Positions 48,425 to 58,786 of a stretch of DNA of 64,000 bases are shown piece after piece (within the stretch, counting starts at the first letter, position 1; every line of letters starts with the position of its first letter). The DNA is taken from positions 13-64,012 of the IMG/VR virus record IMGVR_UViG_3300025872_000056, one strand, 5' to 3'. The notes below the pieces were generated by a model, which searched no databases, had not been told where the DNA came from, and saw only the letters and a list, made by a program, of their open reading frames with translations. The translations under genes and the position numbers were made by a program. Source of the stretch: a virus. Its lineage: Duplodnaviria > Caudoviricetes.

Positions 48425-49633
48425 TGCTTTCCTTTTTTAGTTTCCAAAATCTTATAATTCTTCTTTATTCTTTCCTCTTCACAAAGAGTTTTAAGCCAGT
48501 TACCGCTTACGCAGATCTGCCCAGGCTGTCCCGTGATCTCACAAATTCTACTTGACTTTAGTTCTGCTTCTCCAATTATCGAAGCTACTTTATCATATAG
48601 ATGCGGATCATCACTGTCACAGGAAAAATAGAATCTAAGACTTCCAAATTTTTCCTTGATCTGCATTACTCTGAAACCACATTGAAAATCTTCCAATGAA
48701 TACTTTCCATAGGATTCTTTAAGAATGCCGTCCAGCTTTTGGCAGAGTTCATCGACAAGCCCATACCATCCACTGGGAATAAAAGAGTACCCCCCTGACT
48801 CCATGTGATTGAATACAAGTGGATATTTCTTCTGAAGAAGATCTATGTAGTCAATCTCGTCCATTACTCGTCTTTTCCTTTTCCCCAACCATTCTCATAT
48901 TTGTATTCCGTGAGAATTGATTTCCCCTTGGAAACATCCTTATATCTCTCGTCTATGGAATGATTCATGGGATAATGCTTTAGAATTCTTCGTGCTCTCT
49001 CCCTGACTTGGGGAGATACATCAGGATAGACAGTTTCATTTAGAAGATCATAGAGAAACTGTTTTGCACTCATTAAACTGTTGTATTCTTCATTTGGTAA
49101 TGTCATTGGTGTTCTCCTTAAAGAAACCCCATCCCATATCTTTGGCAATCTGTTCCGGTGTCTTTCTCAAGTGTACGACATATGTTGCAGTAACATTCGA
49201 CATTGTGTTGCAATACAAACGCCTAGCCTCATCACGCTGCTTTCTGAATTCCAAGACTTCCTTGAACAAAACTTCTGCTGGAGGAAGTGTATCGCCGTGA
49301 TCATTGTCACCCACAAAATCAGTCATTGGTGTTCTCCTTAAAGCAGTCCCATCCACGCCGATCCGCAACTTGGTTTGCCGTACATGGCGGCGATGGGGAA
49401 GGACGGTATGCCTCATCCCTACACACCTCACGCCTTGCCTCGTCACGCTCAATGGTCAATTCAATAATTTTTTCTGAACGCATATCAAACATGGCAATGC
49501 TGGTATCTAGTTCCCTCCGCAGATGCATAATCTCCGCATAAGCCTCACCAATGTCCCGCAGAACATCCGCAGGGAGATCGGCGCGCTTGGTATGGCAGCG
49601 TAGGCGGTAATCTATGGGCTGGTAGTCAGGCAT
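48421..49633 (-). CDS. four small early genes (48421-48864, 48864-49106, 49090-49326, 49319-49633)
   Basis: First has QIKEKFGSLRFY motif; last two share (E/Q)RDEARR..GW..FKENTND. Confidence 0.6.
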
Positions 49634-50085
49634 TACTTTCTCCTTCTTACACCAAGTATAGCAGCGATTCCAAGGACTGCAAGGACTCCGGGAGCAGGAA
49701 CATCGGGAATCTCGGTGTCAATGTCGTCCCCATCCAACTCTGTTGCCATACAAACGCTATAGACTGTATCATGGGGGACAGGGATGAACATATCCTGATC
49801 CACGGTCTGAATCGTCATCACATGCCTGCCGTTTGAGTAGACCTTGTGAATCCAAAAGCCATCGAATGATCCCATGAAATATTTGTTGTTGTTCACGGGA
49901 TAATTGGAGATGGTGTTGTTGGTCAGAGCCTCGCCAAGAGGTTCGGTGATCGTGAACTGATTGTCCCACATCAATGGGCTCGCAAAGGTTACCTCTTGAT
50001 AAGTGGAACCCTGATACTCGGAGCGAGTGAAGAACTGACCGTTCGAATTGAACAAAGTTGAAGTATTAATGGTAATCACAATCAA
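49633..50085 (-). CDS. PEP-CTERM-like (VPAPG) sorting-signal protein
   Basis: C-terminus VPAPGVLAVLGIAAILGVRRRK*. Confidence 0.75.
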   Translation of the reverse strand: MIVITINTSTLFNSNGQFFTRSEYQGSTYQEVTFASPLMWDNQFTITEPLGEALTNNTISNYPVNNNKYFMGSFDGFWIHKVYSNGRHVMTIQTVDQDMFIPVPHDTVYSVCMATELDGDDIDTEIPDVPAPGVLAVLGIAAILGVRRRK

Positions 50086-51424
50086 AGTTCCTTGTAATTT
50101 TTTGAAATAAAGTTTGCAATCTCATCAAACGACTTTCCGCTGTCATTCATGTCCGCAAGACTGACGAACTTATCAATATCACTATAATGGAAACCTGTAG
50201 AACTTCTAACTCCTGCCCACTTTCTTACGGCAACAGGAAGAACATCTCCTTCCCGTCCATACTTACGAACCTGGATCGGTTTGCCGTGGGTGGTCATGCC
50301 AACAATGGTAGGGAGGACTTTTTGCTTGTTCCGCTTTCTATGTTCCTGATACAATTCGGTAAGAACACCCAAGCAACAATACTTGCATCCTCCACGGGAA
50401 TCAACCCGGCACAGCGCATGCTTTCCCTGCTTGTACTTCTTGGAACGCAGAGCCTTGATCCAACGCATAGCAATTTCTTTATTCATCGTAAGTTCCTAAA
50501 GGATATTATACATCAAGAAGGTTATTTGTCAAGCGTACCGTCCGGATTCTGCTTGCCGTCCGGATTATTTCGAAATTTTTCCATATGGGGACAGTTACAA
50601 CACTCAAACTCTATATCCTTTGGATGGACAAGCAGATCGTCCCAATCTAGACACCAATGCCATCCTTCCTTCATTTCTTCCTCGGTTAGCCGAACGCAAG
50701 GCCCGGTGCCATTCTGAAGAAAGTCATATCTCTCGGGATTCATTCCGTGGAATTCATACTGTCCGGATTCTGAATCCCGTCCGGGGTCTGAAGGCCATCC
50801 GAAGTCGTATGTCTTTTTGTCGTCGGTCATTTGTCTATGATAATCGTGATTTTGTCGAACAATGATAGGACGCAGGCCACCATAAATACGGCGGTTCCGG
50901 CGAGGATCAAAGCCATTGAAACATCAACAATTGAACTGAACACATCGCGCATAGAACTAGTATTTTTTGAAGTGGGTTTCTTTGACATAAATTATTATCT
51001 CCGCAATAGTTAACATGATTGTTGGCATGAATACGGCCAACATAAACAAAGTAAAAGGAATTGTATGTGGATCGTAAACCATGCAGATTATTTATTGTGC
51101 TTCTCTGTCTGTATCTGCAAGTTTGCGTAGAACATTGGAGAACTTGTTGTTGATTCTCTCAATGGATTCCAGCAATTCTTTTGCTGGTATCTCTGCGTCC
51201 GGGTCTTGCTTGCCGTCCGCCTTTATGTCGAATGTCCCGTTCTTCCAAACGCGAATCTGGTCTGTACGGAAGTGCAGCAGCCGCCCTCCATCCTCCAGCG
51301 CGACGCACCAGACATCGTTCTCGTATGTCCCTCCGTCGCGGACATAGATGGCATAGCCGGGGCCAAGGGGCGTGATGACGGGCATTGGGTTGGTGAACTC
51401 GTGGAACATGGGGTGGCCTATCAA
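50082..51424 (-). CDS. small early genes (50082-50486, 50522-50830, two short membrane ORFs, 51092-about 51409)
   Basis: Co-oriented ORFs; 50082 has W..ALRS..Y.QG..YCCLGV motif. Confidence 0.55.
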
Positions 51425-51651
51425 AACGCCGCCCCCGACGGGCCTGGTTTGCTTCCCTTCCCCGACACAGGGAATGAACGAACATAGGGAAGGGATAACC
51501 GGCTTGCAACTGCGATTGCAAGTGGCCCGTTGGGGGAGCGCATGGGGAGGAAAATAACTTTTAGGTATGCTAAAATGCGTCCGATAAACAGTCGGGCATG
51601 GCCGGGAGATGGCTTGGTATGCTGTGTCCTATAACGCATTTGTTATGGGAC
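51425..51651 (-). ncRNA. putative structured RNA or long structured leader
   Basis: Multiple nested stems downstream of TTGACT-N17-TACAAT (51652-51680). Confidence 0.5.
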
Positions 51652-51761
51652 ATTGTACCACATAGCAATGCTAAAGTCAAGCGTCAAGTTCCAAATGAAA
51701 GTTATTGCAGAATTTTTGCACCGACGAACTTAAAATAAATTTGTCCAAAGTGCTGCCCAAT

Positions 51762-51797
51762 AAAAAACTCCCCACAAGTTTTTAGGCTTGTGGGGAG
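51762..51797 (-). terminator. rho-independent terminator
   Basis: CTCCCCACAAG/CTTGTGGGGAG stem then T6. Confidence 0.85.
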
Positions 51798-51824
51798 CAA
51801 CCCTCTCTACCTGACTCGCCGCAG

Positions 51825-53993
51825 TCAGGTTAGTTTAAACTTCTGCAACTTGCGTCCCGCGATCAAGTCGATGAACCTAGACAGGAACACGCGAGAGTGC
51901 TTGCGCCCGGTCAGAGCCTTCAGGAAGTTATTCCTGATACGGACGAGCGTAGCCCCGGTCGGGATCTCATCGATGTCGGTCTTGGGCTTGACCGGACGAA
52001 CAATGTAATACTCGTCAAACCCCGGAGTCAGATCCGGGTTGGACGGGATGAAGTTCTCCCGCTTGTAGTAGGCGTTGTACGCTGCCGTCACCTTGTTCTC
52101 AAGAGCAGCGATCTCCATGCTGTTCTTTCCACTACTGCGGGCTTCCCGAATGCGCTCCCAACTGTTCCTGTCGATAAACTTGTTGACAAGATCAGTCGCA
52201 AGATTGCCCATGCCGCCGATGCTGAATCCAACCGTAGTTGCACCCAACTTGCGAATCTCGTCCACCAAGAAGTATTGGATGGAACTATTGAGACTTGCAA
52301 CATAGCCTTCCTTGTCGCCGGGAACCATGATCGTGCGGCCCGTGGCTGCGTGTTGCACCCGGACTCCCTTGACCGGACGGTAGTAATACTTTCCGTTGGG
52401 AGTCATCCCGGTCGGATCACCGTCCGTAATCAACATGAAGTTAACAATGTCGATCCCGGTGATTGCCTTATACTTGGGAAGGAAATCGTGCAAGACCAAC
52501 AGGGCTTCATTGGTTGGAGTACCGTGAAGATCCATGATTGCCGGAATCGTCCGACGAACAAGATAAGAATTATTAATCTTGCCCCAACTCTCACGGTCAT
52601 TCATCATCGCTGCCGTCCACAGAAGATTCTCAATCCTCCGCTGCTCCTCCTCATTCATCTGCGAGGAAAGCACCTGACGCAGAGCAACATTGGACAGATC
52701 GAATCCATTGGGCATATTCTTCTTGGGGAAGATTCGATCATGCCGCTCCTTCATCTTTTCGTATCCCTCCGAACCCAAGGGAGCATCCTCCGTAAAGAGG
52801 AACACCTCGTAGGGAACACCAATCTTCCTACAGAACCAAGTCATAATCATCACCTGACGGATAACACCGTCAAGGCAACAGGCCATGCTTCCTGACCAAT
52901 CGATTAGCATGACCATGCCATGCTTCTTGCCCTCGTACTTCACCAAGTTTCGCAGGAAGATATCGTCATGGGTCTTGTATTGGAACAACTTGTCCGGGTT
53001 GATTACCCCGGTGTTCTTCATGCGCTCCTTCTTGATTTCCTCTGCTGCCTTGCGCCGCTCAAACTGCATGGCAAGTTCCCGCACCATGCCATTCGTATCC
53101 TTGCGGAACTGCTCAAGAGATTGGCTGATCATATACAGATCGCCCTTCAGGGTATCCGTCCCATCGGGATGATCCTTGCGGATCTTCTCCAAAACAAAAT
53201 CCATTTCAGTCAGGATCTTCTTGTATGGGATGATTGCTTCACCGCTGTTGGCCTTGGGCAGAAGATAAGAAGCGTAGGGGAAATCAATGTAGTTCTCCTG
53301 CCCCCTTCCCGGATCTTCCTTGCCCTCGCGGTCAAACTTCTGCATGGCATCGTCCATGCTAGTGCGGACTTCCAACTCATCGTCCCCAAGGCCAGGATTC
53401 TTCTTCTTCTTCTGCTTGGCCTCATCCTCCGCAAGAGCATAGAGATCCGTAGCAATCTCAACAACATCCTCGTAAGACTTGGCCCGATTCACCCGGTCGA
53501 TGATCTGCTGCTCCTGTGGAGACAGAGGAACCGTCATCAGGTTCAGGATGCCAACCTTGAAGTGAAGATTGATCTTGTCGATGATGGACAACTGCGTGAC
53601 ATCAACATCGTTGATGCCAAAGATATCCTTGTCCAAGATTTCCTTGTAGCCCTCGTAGAAGTCGCGGCGACAGCCGGGGAACTTCTCCTTGATCATTCGT
53701 TCGATACGGGCATCCTCAATCACATTGAGGCAGGAACAAAACCCCTTGATCTTGAGTTTGTTTTCCTTGGCCTTGTTGACTGCCTCCGCATGAACATCCG
53801 GGGGAGTGAACAGGGCATGGGCAACCTCATGCGCGACGATCATATCGCGCAGGGAATCGGATGCCTTCCAATCGGGGATCGTAAGAGTACGAGAATCCAA
53901 GTCAAACGACGCTGACGGTGCAGCAGTATCGAAATTGACAAAGATGTTCTCTGTGGCAAGCGCACGGGCAAAGAGAGAGGTTGAGGTTTTCAT
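51825..53993 (-). CDS. metallopeptidase-like + VWA domain protein (CobT-like partner)
   Basis: AHEVAH, NVIEDARIE, LIDWSGSM, GTP, LITDG. Confidence 0.88.
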   Translation of the reverse strand: MKTSTSLFARALATENIFVNFDTAAPSASFDLDSRTLTIPDWKASDSLRDMIVAHEVAHALFTPPDVHAEAVNKAKENKLKIKGFCSCLNVIEDARIERMIKEKFPGCRRDFYEGYKEILDKDIFGINDVDVTQLSIIDKINLHFKVGILNLMTVPLSPQEQQIIDRVNRAKSYEDVVEIATDLYALAEDEAKQKKKKNPGLGDDELEVRTSMDDAMQKFDREGKEDPGRGQENYIDFPYASYLLPKANSGEAIIPYKKILTEMDFVLEKIRKDHPDGTDTLKGDLYMISQSLEQFRKDTNGMVRELAMQFERRKAAEEIKKERMKNTGVINPDKLFQYKTHDDIFLRNLVKYEGKKHGMVMLIDWSGSMACCLDGVIRQVMIMTWFCRKIGVPYEVFLFTEDAPLGSEGYEKMKERHDRIFPKKNMPNGFDLSNVALRQVLSSQMNEEEQRRIENLLWTAAMMNDRESWGKINNSYLVRRTIPAIMDLHGTPTNEALLVLHDFLPKYKAITGIDIVNFMLITDGDPTGMTPNGKYYYRPVKGVRVQHAATGRTIMVPGDKEGYVASLNSSIQYFLVDEIRKLGATTVGFSIGGMGNLATDLVNKFIDRNSWERIREARSSGKNSMEIAALENKVTAAYNAYYKRENFIPSNPDLTPGFDEYYIVRPVKPKTDIDEIPTGATLVRIRNNFLKALTGRKHSRVFLSRFIDLIAGRKLQKFKLT

Positions 53994-54094
53994 GGCTATA
54001 TCCTACCCTGTCGGCGTTGGGCTGTCAAGGGGGGAGAGAGAAACATTCACAAAAAAGTTCTCTCTCCCCCCAACAAACATCAGGCAAAACAAAC

Positions 54095-54325
54095 TCAAGA
54101 ATTCACGGGAACCGCATTGATGAGCGAGGTCAGGTCAAAGATGCCCTTGCTGACCGCACTCTTGCATTCCTTCATAACCCAAGTGGGAATGCCCTTCATG
54201 TTGATCGACTGCGCGACCATCACCAAGTCAGACTTCTTGAAATTACTGAAGTCTCCATTGAGGTTGGCCTCTGCGTAAATCTTTGCGGCTTGGACAAAAC
54301 GATTTCTCTTATTCATGTATGGCAT
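54095..54325 (-). CDS. small hypothetical protein
   Basis: GAAAGGA RBS; between AAA and VWA genes. Confidence 0.6.
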   Translation of the reverse strand: MPYMNKRNRFVQAAKIYAEANLNGDFSNFKKSDLVMVAQSINMKGIPTWVMKECKSAVSKGIFDLTSLINAVPVNS

Positions 54326-54335
54326 GACTTTCCTT

Positions 54336-55298
54336 TCAAATTGTGATTGTAACCGGATCGGTGTTCTGAATCACGGGCTGCTCCGGTGCAGGCGGCGTGA
54401 TCTGTTCGTTGGCAGGAGGATTGATCGTCGGATCAATCTTGGTGTAGAGATTCCAAAACGCCTCCTGCGTTTCCTTGTCAAACCGATTCAGGGCAAGCCG
54501 AATCGACTTCTCCTTGTCGGAGAAGATGCTGAACGCCCGGACGATATCGACCAAACGACGAGTCGAAATGATCTTGTCCAATGCGCCCTCCGCAAACCCC
54601 TTGCGGATGGTTTCAGCCCATCGCGTCAGGTAGTTGGCAAAGTCATCGTCGCGGCAATTCCTCTCCATCATCTGACGAATCAGGATGCGAGTCTCCACCG
54701 CCTTGGGAGCATACTCCTGCTCGTAGGTAAATCCAAAGCGATCAAGGAACGCCTCGTTCTGAATGCGGGTTCCGACGAATCTGTCATCGCCCATGCCGTC
54801 ACCCTTGGTGTTGGCCGTAGCGACAACCATGAAGCCGGGAGCCGGAACGACAAATTCCGAAATCTTCTTGAGGAAGATTCCCTTGCCTTCAAGCACGGGC
54901 TGAAGGCACATAATCCGGTCAGACGCAAGGTCAACCTCGTCAAGCAGCAGCACCGCACCGCGCTTCATGGCCTCAATGACAGGGCCGTAGACAAAGACGG
55001 TAGTGCCGTTGTGCAGCCGGAAGCCACCAAGCAGATCGTCCTCGTCAGTCTCCGCAGTAATGTTTGCACGAATCAATTCGCGCTTGGCCTTGGCACAAGC
55101 CTGCTCAACCATCGTAGTCTTGCCGTTGCCCGACAGACCCGTGATGTAGACGGTGTTGAAGTCGGTGCGACTGACAAACTTCTCAATGTCCTCGTAGTGG
55201 CCCCACGCAACATAGGACGAATCCTTGGCCGGGACGAGCGTACCAATGTCGCTCGTCATGTTGCTCCCCAACATCATGTTAACCTTGTTCTCACTCAT
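54336..55298 (-). CDS. MoxR/CobS-like AAA+ ATPase
   Basis: GLSGNGKT, LLLDEVD, ATANTKG, NEAFLDRF, ISTRRL. Confidence 0.92.
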   Translation of the reverse strand: MSENKVNMMLGSNMTSDIGTLVPAKDSSYVAWGHYEDIEKFVSRTDFNTVYITGLSGNGKTTMVEQACAKAKRELIRANITAETDEDDLLGGFRLHNGTTVFVYGPVIEAMKRGAVLLLDEVDLASDRIMCLQPVLEGKGIFLKKISEFVVPAPGFMVVATANTKGDGMGDDRFVGTRIQNEAFLDRFGFTYEQEYAPKAVETRILIRQMMERNCRDDDFANYLTRWAETIRKGFAEGALDKIISTRRLVDIVRAFSIFSDKEKSIRLALNRFDKETQEAFWNLYTKIDPTINPPANEQITPPAPEQPVIQNTDPVTITI

Positions 55299-55429
55299 GT
55301 TCGTATCCTGTGTCTTGAGTTTGTACCGGAGTTCGCTCCGATGATTGCACCATGATACACCAATCTTCCACCCCTGTCAAGATTGCTAGTCACATTTTTT
55401 TGAGATTTTTTGTTGGACAAATTCACCCC

Positions 55430-55575
55430 AAAAGAACATGACCCGTCCTAATAAGGAACGGGTCAGAGGTTTTGAAAGAACCCTTGATAAACTTTCTTCA
55501 CTTGGGTTGATATCGGCCCAAGTGTTTGCTACTAGCAGAGGCGCGCTATTGCGTAGCAAGGGCTTTTAAGGTTCG
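55430..55575 (-). ncRNA. putative small structured RNA ending in a terminator
   Basis: CCCTTG/CAAGGG closes three hairpins; TGACCCGT/ACGGGTCA stem then T-rich tail. Confidence 0.4.
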
Positions 55576-55576
55576 T

Positions 55577-56386
55577 TCAAGAATTGCTGTTGTAGTAATT
55601 CTTCTCCTTGCAGCAATCCTTGTTCATGTTTCGCTCAATCTCGTTGATGCGACGGTTCGTTGACTCAATCGCCTCATCGGTAGTCTGATAAATTCCACGC
55701 ATGGAATCGTCAACATGACGCTGCATGGCCTCCATCTTGGAGCGCATATACAGATGGTAGATGCTGACTCCAAAGAACCCTGCGAGAACCCAACCGATAA
55801 GAGTGCTGTCAATTTCCATTTTGTTTCCTTTTTGTTGTTCGCCGTCGATGCACTATGGTATCACGCCTTGGCCGCTGTGTCAAGCCCCTCGCTCAACATT
55901 TTTCGGAAATGTTCAAACAAAGAATCGGCGTAGTAAACATAATCATCACACAAATCAAAAACCTCGCCATCATTTGCAAGAATCTCTGAACAAATGATTA
56001 CATTGTTCTGAATGTCATTGAAATCTAGCCCATTCAGATTGCACATACCTATCTCAAGATCATTCCCGGTTTCTCTGAAGAAACTTTTCTTGAGAATTAA
56101 GATGGAATTATCCGATTCAAAAGACCATTCAAAATCATCAAAAGAACCTTTGGACGGGATTTTGTTCAGGGACTTATCCATTGAATTACTTCTTGAGATT
56201 GTCCTCAATCTTGTTGACATCCCGCTCAAGTGCGGTAATGTCATCACGAATCCAACGGTACTCCGTATCCATGAACTTCCGGCACTCATCGAATTTTGTA
56301 TCGACATAGTGCTTCATCAGGTGGAAGCAGAATCCAAGCAAAGTAATCGCAAACAAAATCCAAGCAAAGTAAGTGTACCAATTCAT
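55577..56386 (-). CDS. small early genes (55577-55819, 55861-about 56182, 56186-56386)
   Basis: Two have an N-terminal TM and AAGGAAACAAA RBS. Confidence 0.55.
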
Positions 56387-56414
56387 TTTGTTTCCTTTCT
56401 GTAAGACAAAACAA

Positions 56415-56490
56415 TGGGAAGGGTGGGAGTTGCACCCACATACTCGCGCTTATAGGGCGCGCGCTCTAACTACTTTTCAGCCACCTTCCC
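56415..56490 (-). tRNA. tRNA-Ile(TAT), atypical
   Basis: Perfect acceptor, anticodon and T stems; loop CC-TAT-AA; T loop TGCAACT. Confidence 0.7.
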
Positions 56491-56580
56491 GAATGGGAAA
56501 CTAATTTTACGGCTAGTCCCCAACCGGGCAATTTCGTATTGCCTGACGAAAGGGAGTTTTGGTGTGTCCCCATGAAACAC

Positions 56581-56934
56581 TTATAAAGTATTCGTTCCAT
56601 ACTTGGGCTGAACCATGTAATGATCGCACAAAGCCCGTTCGACTTCATCGTAAACCCTGTCACGATTGTCCTCGCGCTTGGCCCACTCATCATCATCCAA
56701 GTCTGCATCAAGAGTCTCATCGACCGCAGGAATTTGGTCAATGTAGACCTCGCTCACGAAAGTATTGTGATTCCCGCCCTCCTCCATCGTGAGGGTGAGG
56801 AAATAGATTACCTCGTAGTTCTTGCCGTCCACCTCAACGCAAGTAGTACGCTCAATGGTAGTCTTGGTATCGCTCTTGTTCTTTGCCATTGGGTGATCGA
56901 AATGAATCCGGGTTGAGGGGTCGGGCCTGTCCAT
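56581..56934 (-). CDS. acidic hypothetical protein
   Basis: Downstream of TTGACA-N17-TACAAT; start uncertain. Confidence 0.55.
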   Translation of the reverse strand: MDRPDPSTRIHFDHPMAKNKSDTKTTIERTTCVEVDGKNYEVIYFLTLTMEEGGNHNTFVSEVYIDQIPAVDETLDADLDDDEWAKREDNRDRVYDEVERALCDHYMVQPKYGTNTL

Positions 56935-56986
56935 GTTATGCATATTGTAGGGCATTGAAGTCTCCTTGTCAAGCATTTTTTTCAAG

Positions 56987-57060
56987 CGTTCCCGGTTGGA
57001 TTTGAACCAACAACCAACGGATTAGAAATCCGTTGCGCTATCCAATTGCGCCACGGGAAC
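56987..57060 (-). tRNA. tRNA-Arg(TCT)
   Basis: Cloverleaf, ACGGA-TTTCTAA-TCCGT. Confidence 0.92.
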
Positions 57061-57330
57061 AAATCGGAAGGGTACTCTATTTTGGGCTAGGCATCCTCAA
57101 TTTCGCCTTCCTTGTCGGATGGAGTTAATAAACTTCCATCACGGTATATAGTCGATTGAGCAGCGGGACTCCCATACCCGCATCTTCAGGAAGAATTCGG
57201 AATTCAAGGATCGTCAACGATCCGGCAACCATAGCCGTAGAATGTTTAGCATACGGACTATTCCTGATAACTTCTATTAAGTCTATGCTCTCTCTCAACT
57301 TGGGCGGTCTTGATAAAGATTCGCCTCACT
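57061..57330 (-). ncRNA. putative structured RNA between two tRNAs
   Basis: No ORF of 60 aa or more; at least seven stems. Confidence 0.5.
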
Positions 57331-57335
57331 TTTAA

Positions 57336-57420
57336 TGGGATTGGTGGGACTTGAACCCACAAGACTTTAAGGGTCGGCAGATTTTGAGTCTGCTGCGTAT
57401 GCCGATTCCGCCACAATCCC
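57336..57420 (-). tRNA. tRNA-Leu(CAA)
   Basis: Cloverleaf, GCAGA-CTCAAAA-TCTGC, long variable arm. Confidence 0.92.
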
Positions 57421-57425
57421 GTTGC

Positions 57426-57668
57426 TCACTCCTCCTCGTCATCCTCATCTATGATGACATAACCCTTTCCAAGTTTCTCCTCCAATTCCTCAAGCATCGC
57501 AGCATTAAGAGTTTCCTCTGTATATCCCGATCCACGAATGGCGATATTTAATCTCTTGAGTGCCATTGAAAAAGTTGGATCTGTCTTGCAGGCAACTTCC
57601 ACAGCCATAAGAAGATCAGATACATAAAGCGGACTCATGCTAAATTCGATTCGACGGCGATTGCTCAT
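57426..57668 (-). CDS. hypothetical protein
   Basis: ATG 6 nt after TACAAT. Confidence 0.6.
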   Translation of the reverse strand: MSNRRRIEFSMSPLYVSDLLMAVEVACKTDPTFSMALKRLNIAIRGSGYTEETLNAAMLEELEEKLGKGYVIIDEDDEEE

Positions 57669-57700
57669 GGGTGTATTGTATCAGGTTGGAGTGAGGTTGT

Positions 57701-57943
57701 CTACTCAATTACCTTCCACTCCTTGATGGAGGAGAGGATGACGCTGCGCCATTCTCCGATATCAAGGTCGTAGATTCGCTGAACGCCGGGGGAGTCAGCC
57801 TTGCCCGTGGAGCGAGGGTGATCGACCTTGGGAATCTGATTGAGGTCAGTAGTTCCCTTGAGGACGCGCTTCTCGCCGTCCTTCTTGACGAACACGACTT
57901 GGACGATTGCTCCCTGCTTGAGAGCCTTCCTGAAGTCACTCAT
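57701..57943 (-). CDS. small SH3/WYL_2-like protein
   Basis: F.KKDGE.R...GT...YDLD..EWRS. Confidence 0.75.
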   Translation of the reverse strand: MSDFRKALKQGAIVQVVFVKKDGEKRVLKGTTDLNQIPKVDHPRSTGKADSPGVQRIYDLDIGEWRSVILSSIKEWKVIE

Positions 57944-58661
57944 CGATCTCCTCCTCGCAGGCGTAGGCTTCCGCCCACTTGGCCTGCTGCTTGTTGATGA
58001 ATTCTTCCGCTTCTTCTTCCGTATCAAAGAGTTTGACATTCTCAATGTCTCCGTTCAGGTTGTTCTGAAAGATCACGATGCACTTGTCGCAATTCATCGT
58101 ACCTTCAGGGAAGAAGGCCGCAAATTGATCGCCCAAGTCAGTCTCCCAATCCGGCTCAATGTCGGAGTCGGTGAGAATTGCATCGGCAAGATCGTAAAGT
58201 TCGTCGTTGTTCAATTGTGAATCTCCTCAAGAAGAATGTTGATTGCGGTCTTGACTTCCAAGTCACTCATGGATTGCGACTCGCCGCAAGCCTCACAGTA
58301 CCATTCCCAATCAGACGATTCGCTGATGAGATTGTACGGAAAAGAGATGCGACGGGTTCCACCGCAAGCACATTTGTCATTCATGGTCGGGAGGGGTGTC
58401 ATTGTGGGTGTATTGTAGGGTAGAGGTTTGGGCTTGTCAAGCCCCGGCTGAATGGTAACGAGAAAGTTTTTCACCGAACTTTGCCGAATCATCGACAGAT
58501 TCAGCCAAAAAGACTTCCTCAATCTCCTTGACCACATACATCCCTGTGGTCTTGGTGGACTCGTAAAACTTCTTGAAGTGAAACAACTGTGCATCTTCAA
58601 GATTCTTGAAGAAGTAGTATTTCAAGTTTGGGTAGCAGACCTTGACAATGAAGATTTGCAT
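57936..58661 (-). CDS. three small early genes (57936-58214, 58211-58402 zinc finger, 58437-58661)
   Basis: Coupled ORFs; CACGG...CEACG. Confidence 0.55.
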
Positions 58662-58664
58662 GAA

Positions 58665-58737
58665 TGCCTCCGGTGGGAATCGAACCCACAACCAATAGAT
58701 TAAAAGTCTACTGCGCTGCCAATTGCGCTACAGAGGC
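58665..58737 (-). tRNA. tRNA-Lys(TTT)
   Basis: Cloverleaf, GTAGA-CTTTTAA-TCTAT. Confidence 0.92.
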
Positions 58738-58743
58738 AGGATT

Positions 58744-58775
58744 GGGGGGCGGGGGAACTACATCCCCGCCCCCCC
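58744..58775 (-). terminator. GC-rich hairpin upstream of tRNA-Lys (terminator or processing site)
   Basis: GGGGGGCGGGG/CCCCGCCCCCC stem, no clear T tract. Confidence 0.45.
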
Positions 58776-58786
58776 GGCAGGAGCAA

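Noticed and set aside
51440-51470. SRP RNA (GGAAGGGAAGCA)
   Set aside because: Lacks the CAGG..GGAA..AGCAG symmetric loop; the purine run pairs with TCCCTTCCC instead
51897-55355. Long plus-strand ORFs (332, 331 and 346 aa)
   Set aside because: Antisense shadows of the VWA and AAA genes; no motifs or promoters
56495-56580. Hammerhead ribozyme (CTGACGA...GAAAC on plus strand)
   Set aside because: Stem II does not abut the core, no stem III or cleavage triplet, and it is antisense to local transcription; small hairpins remain unexplained
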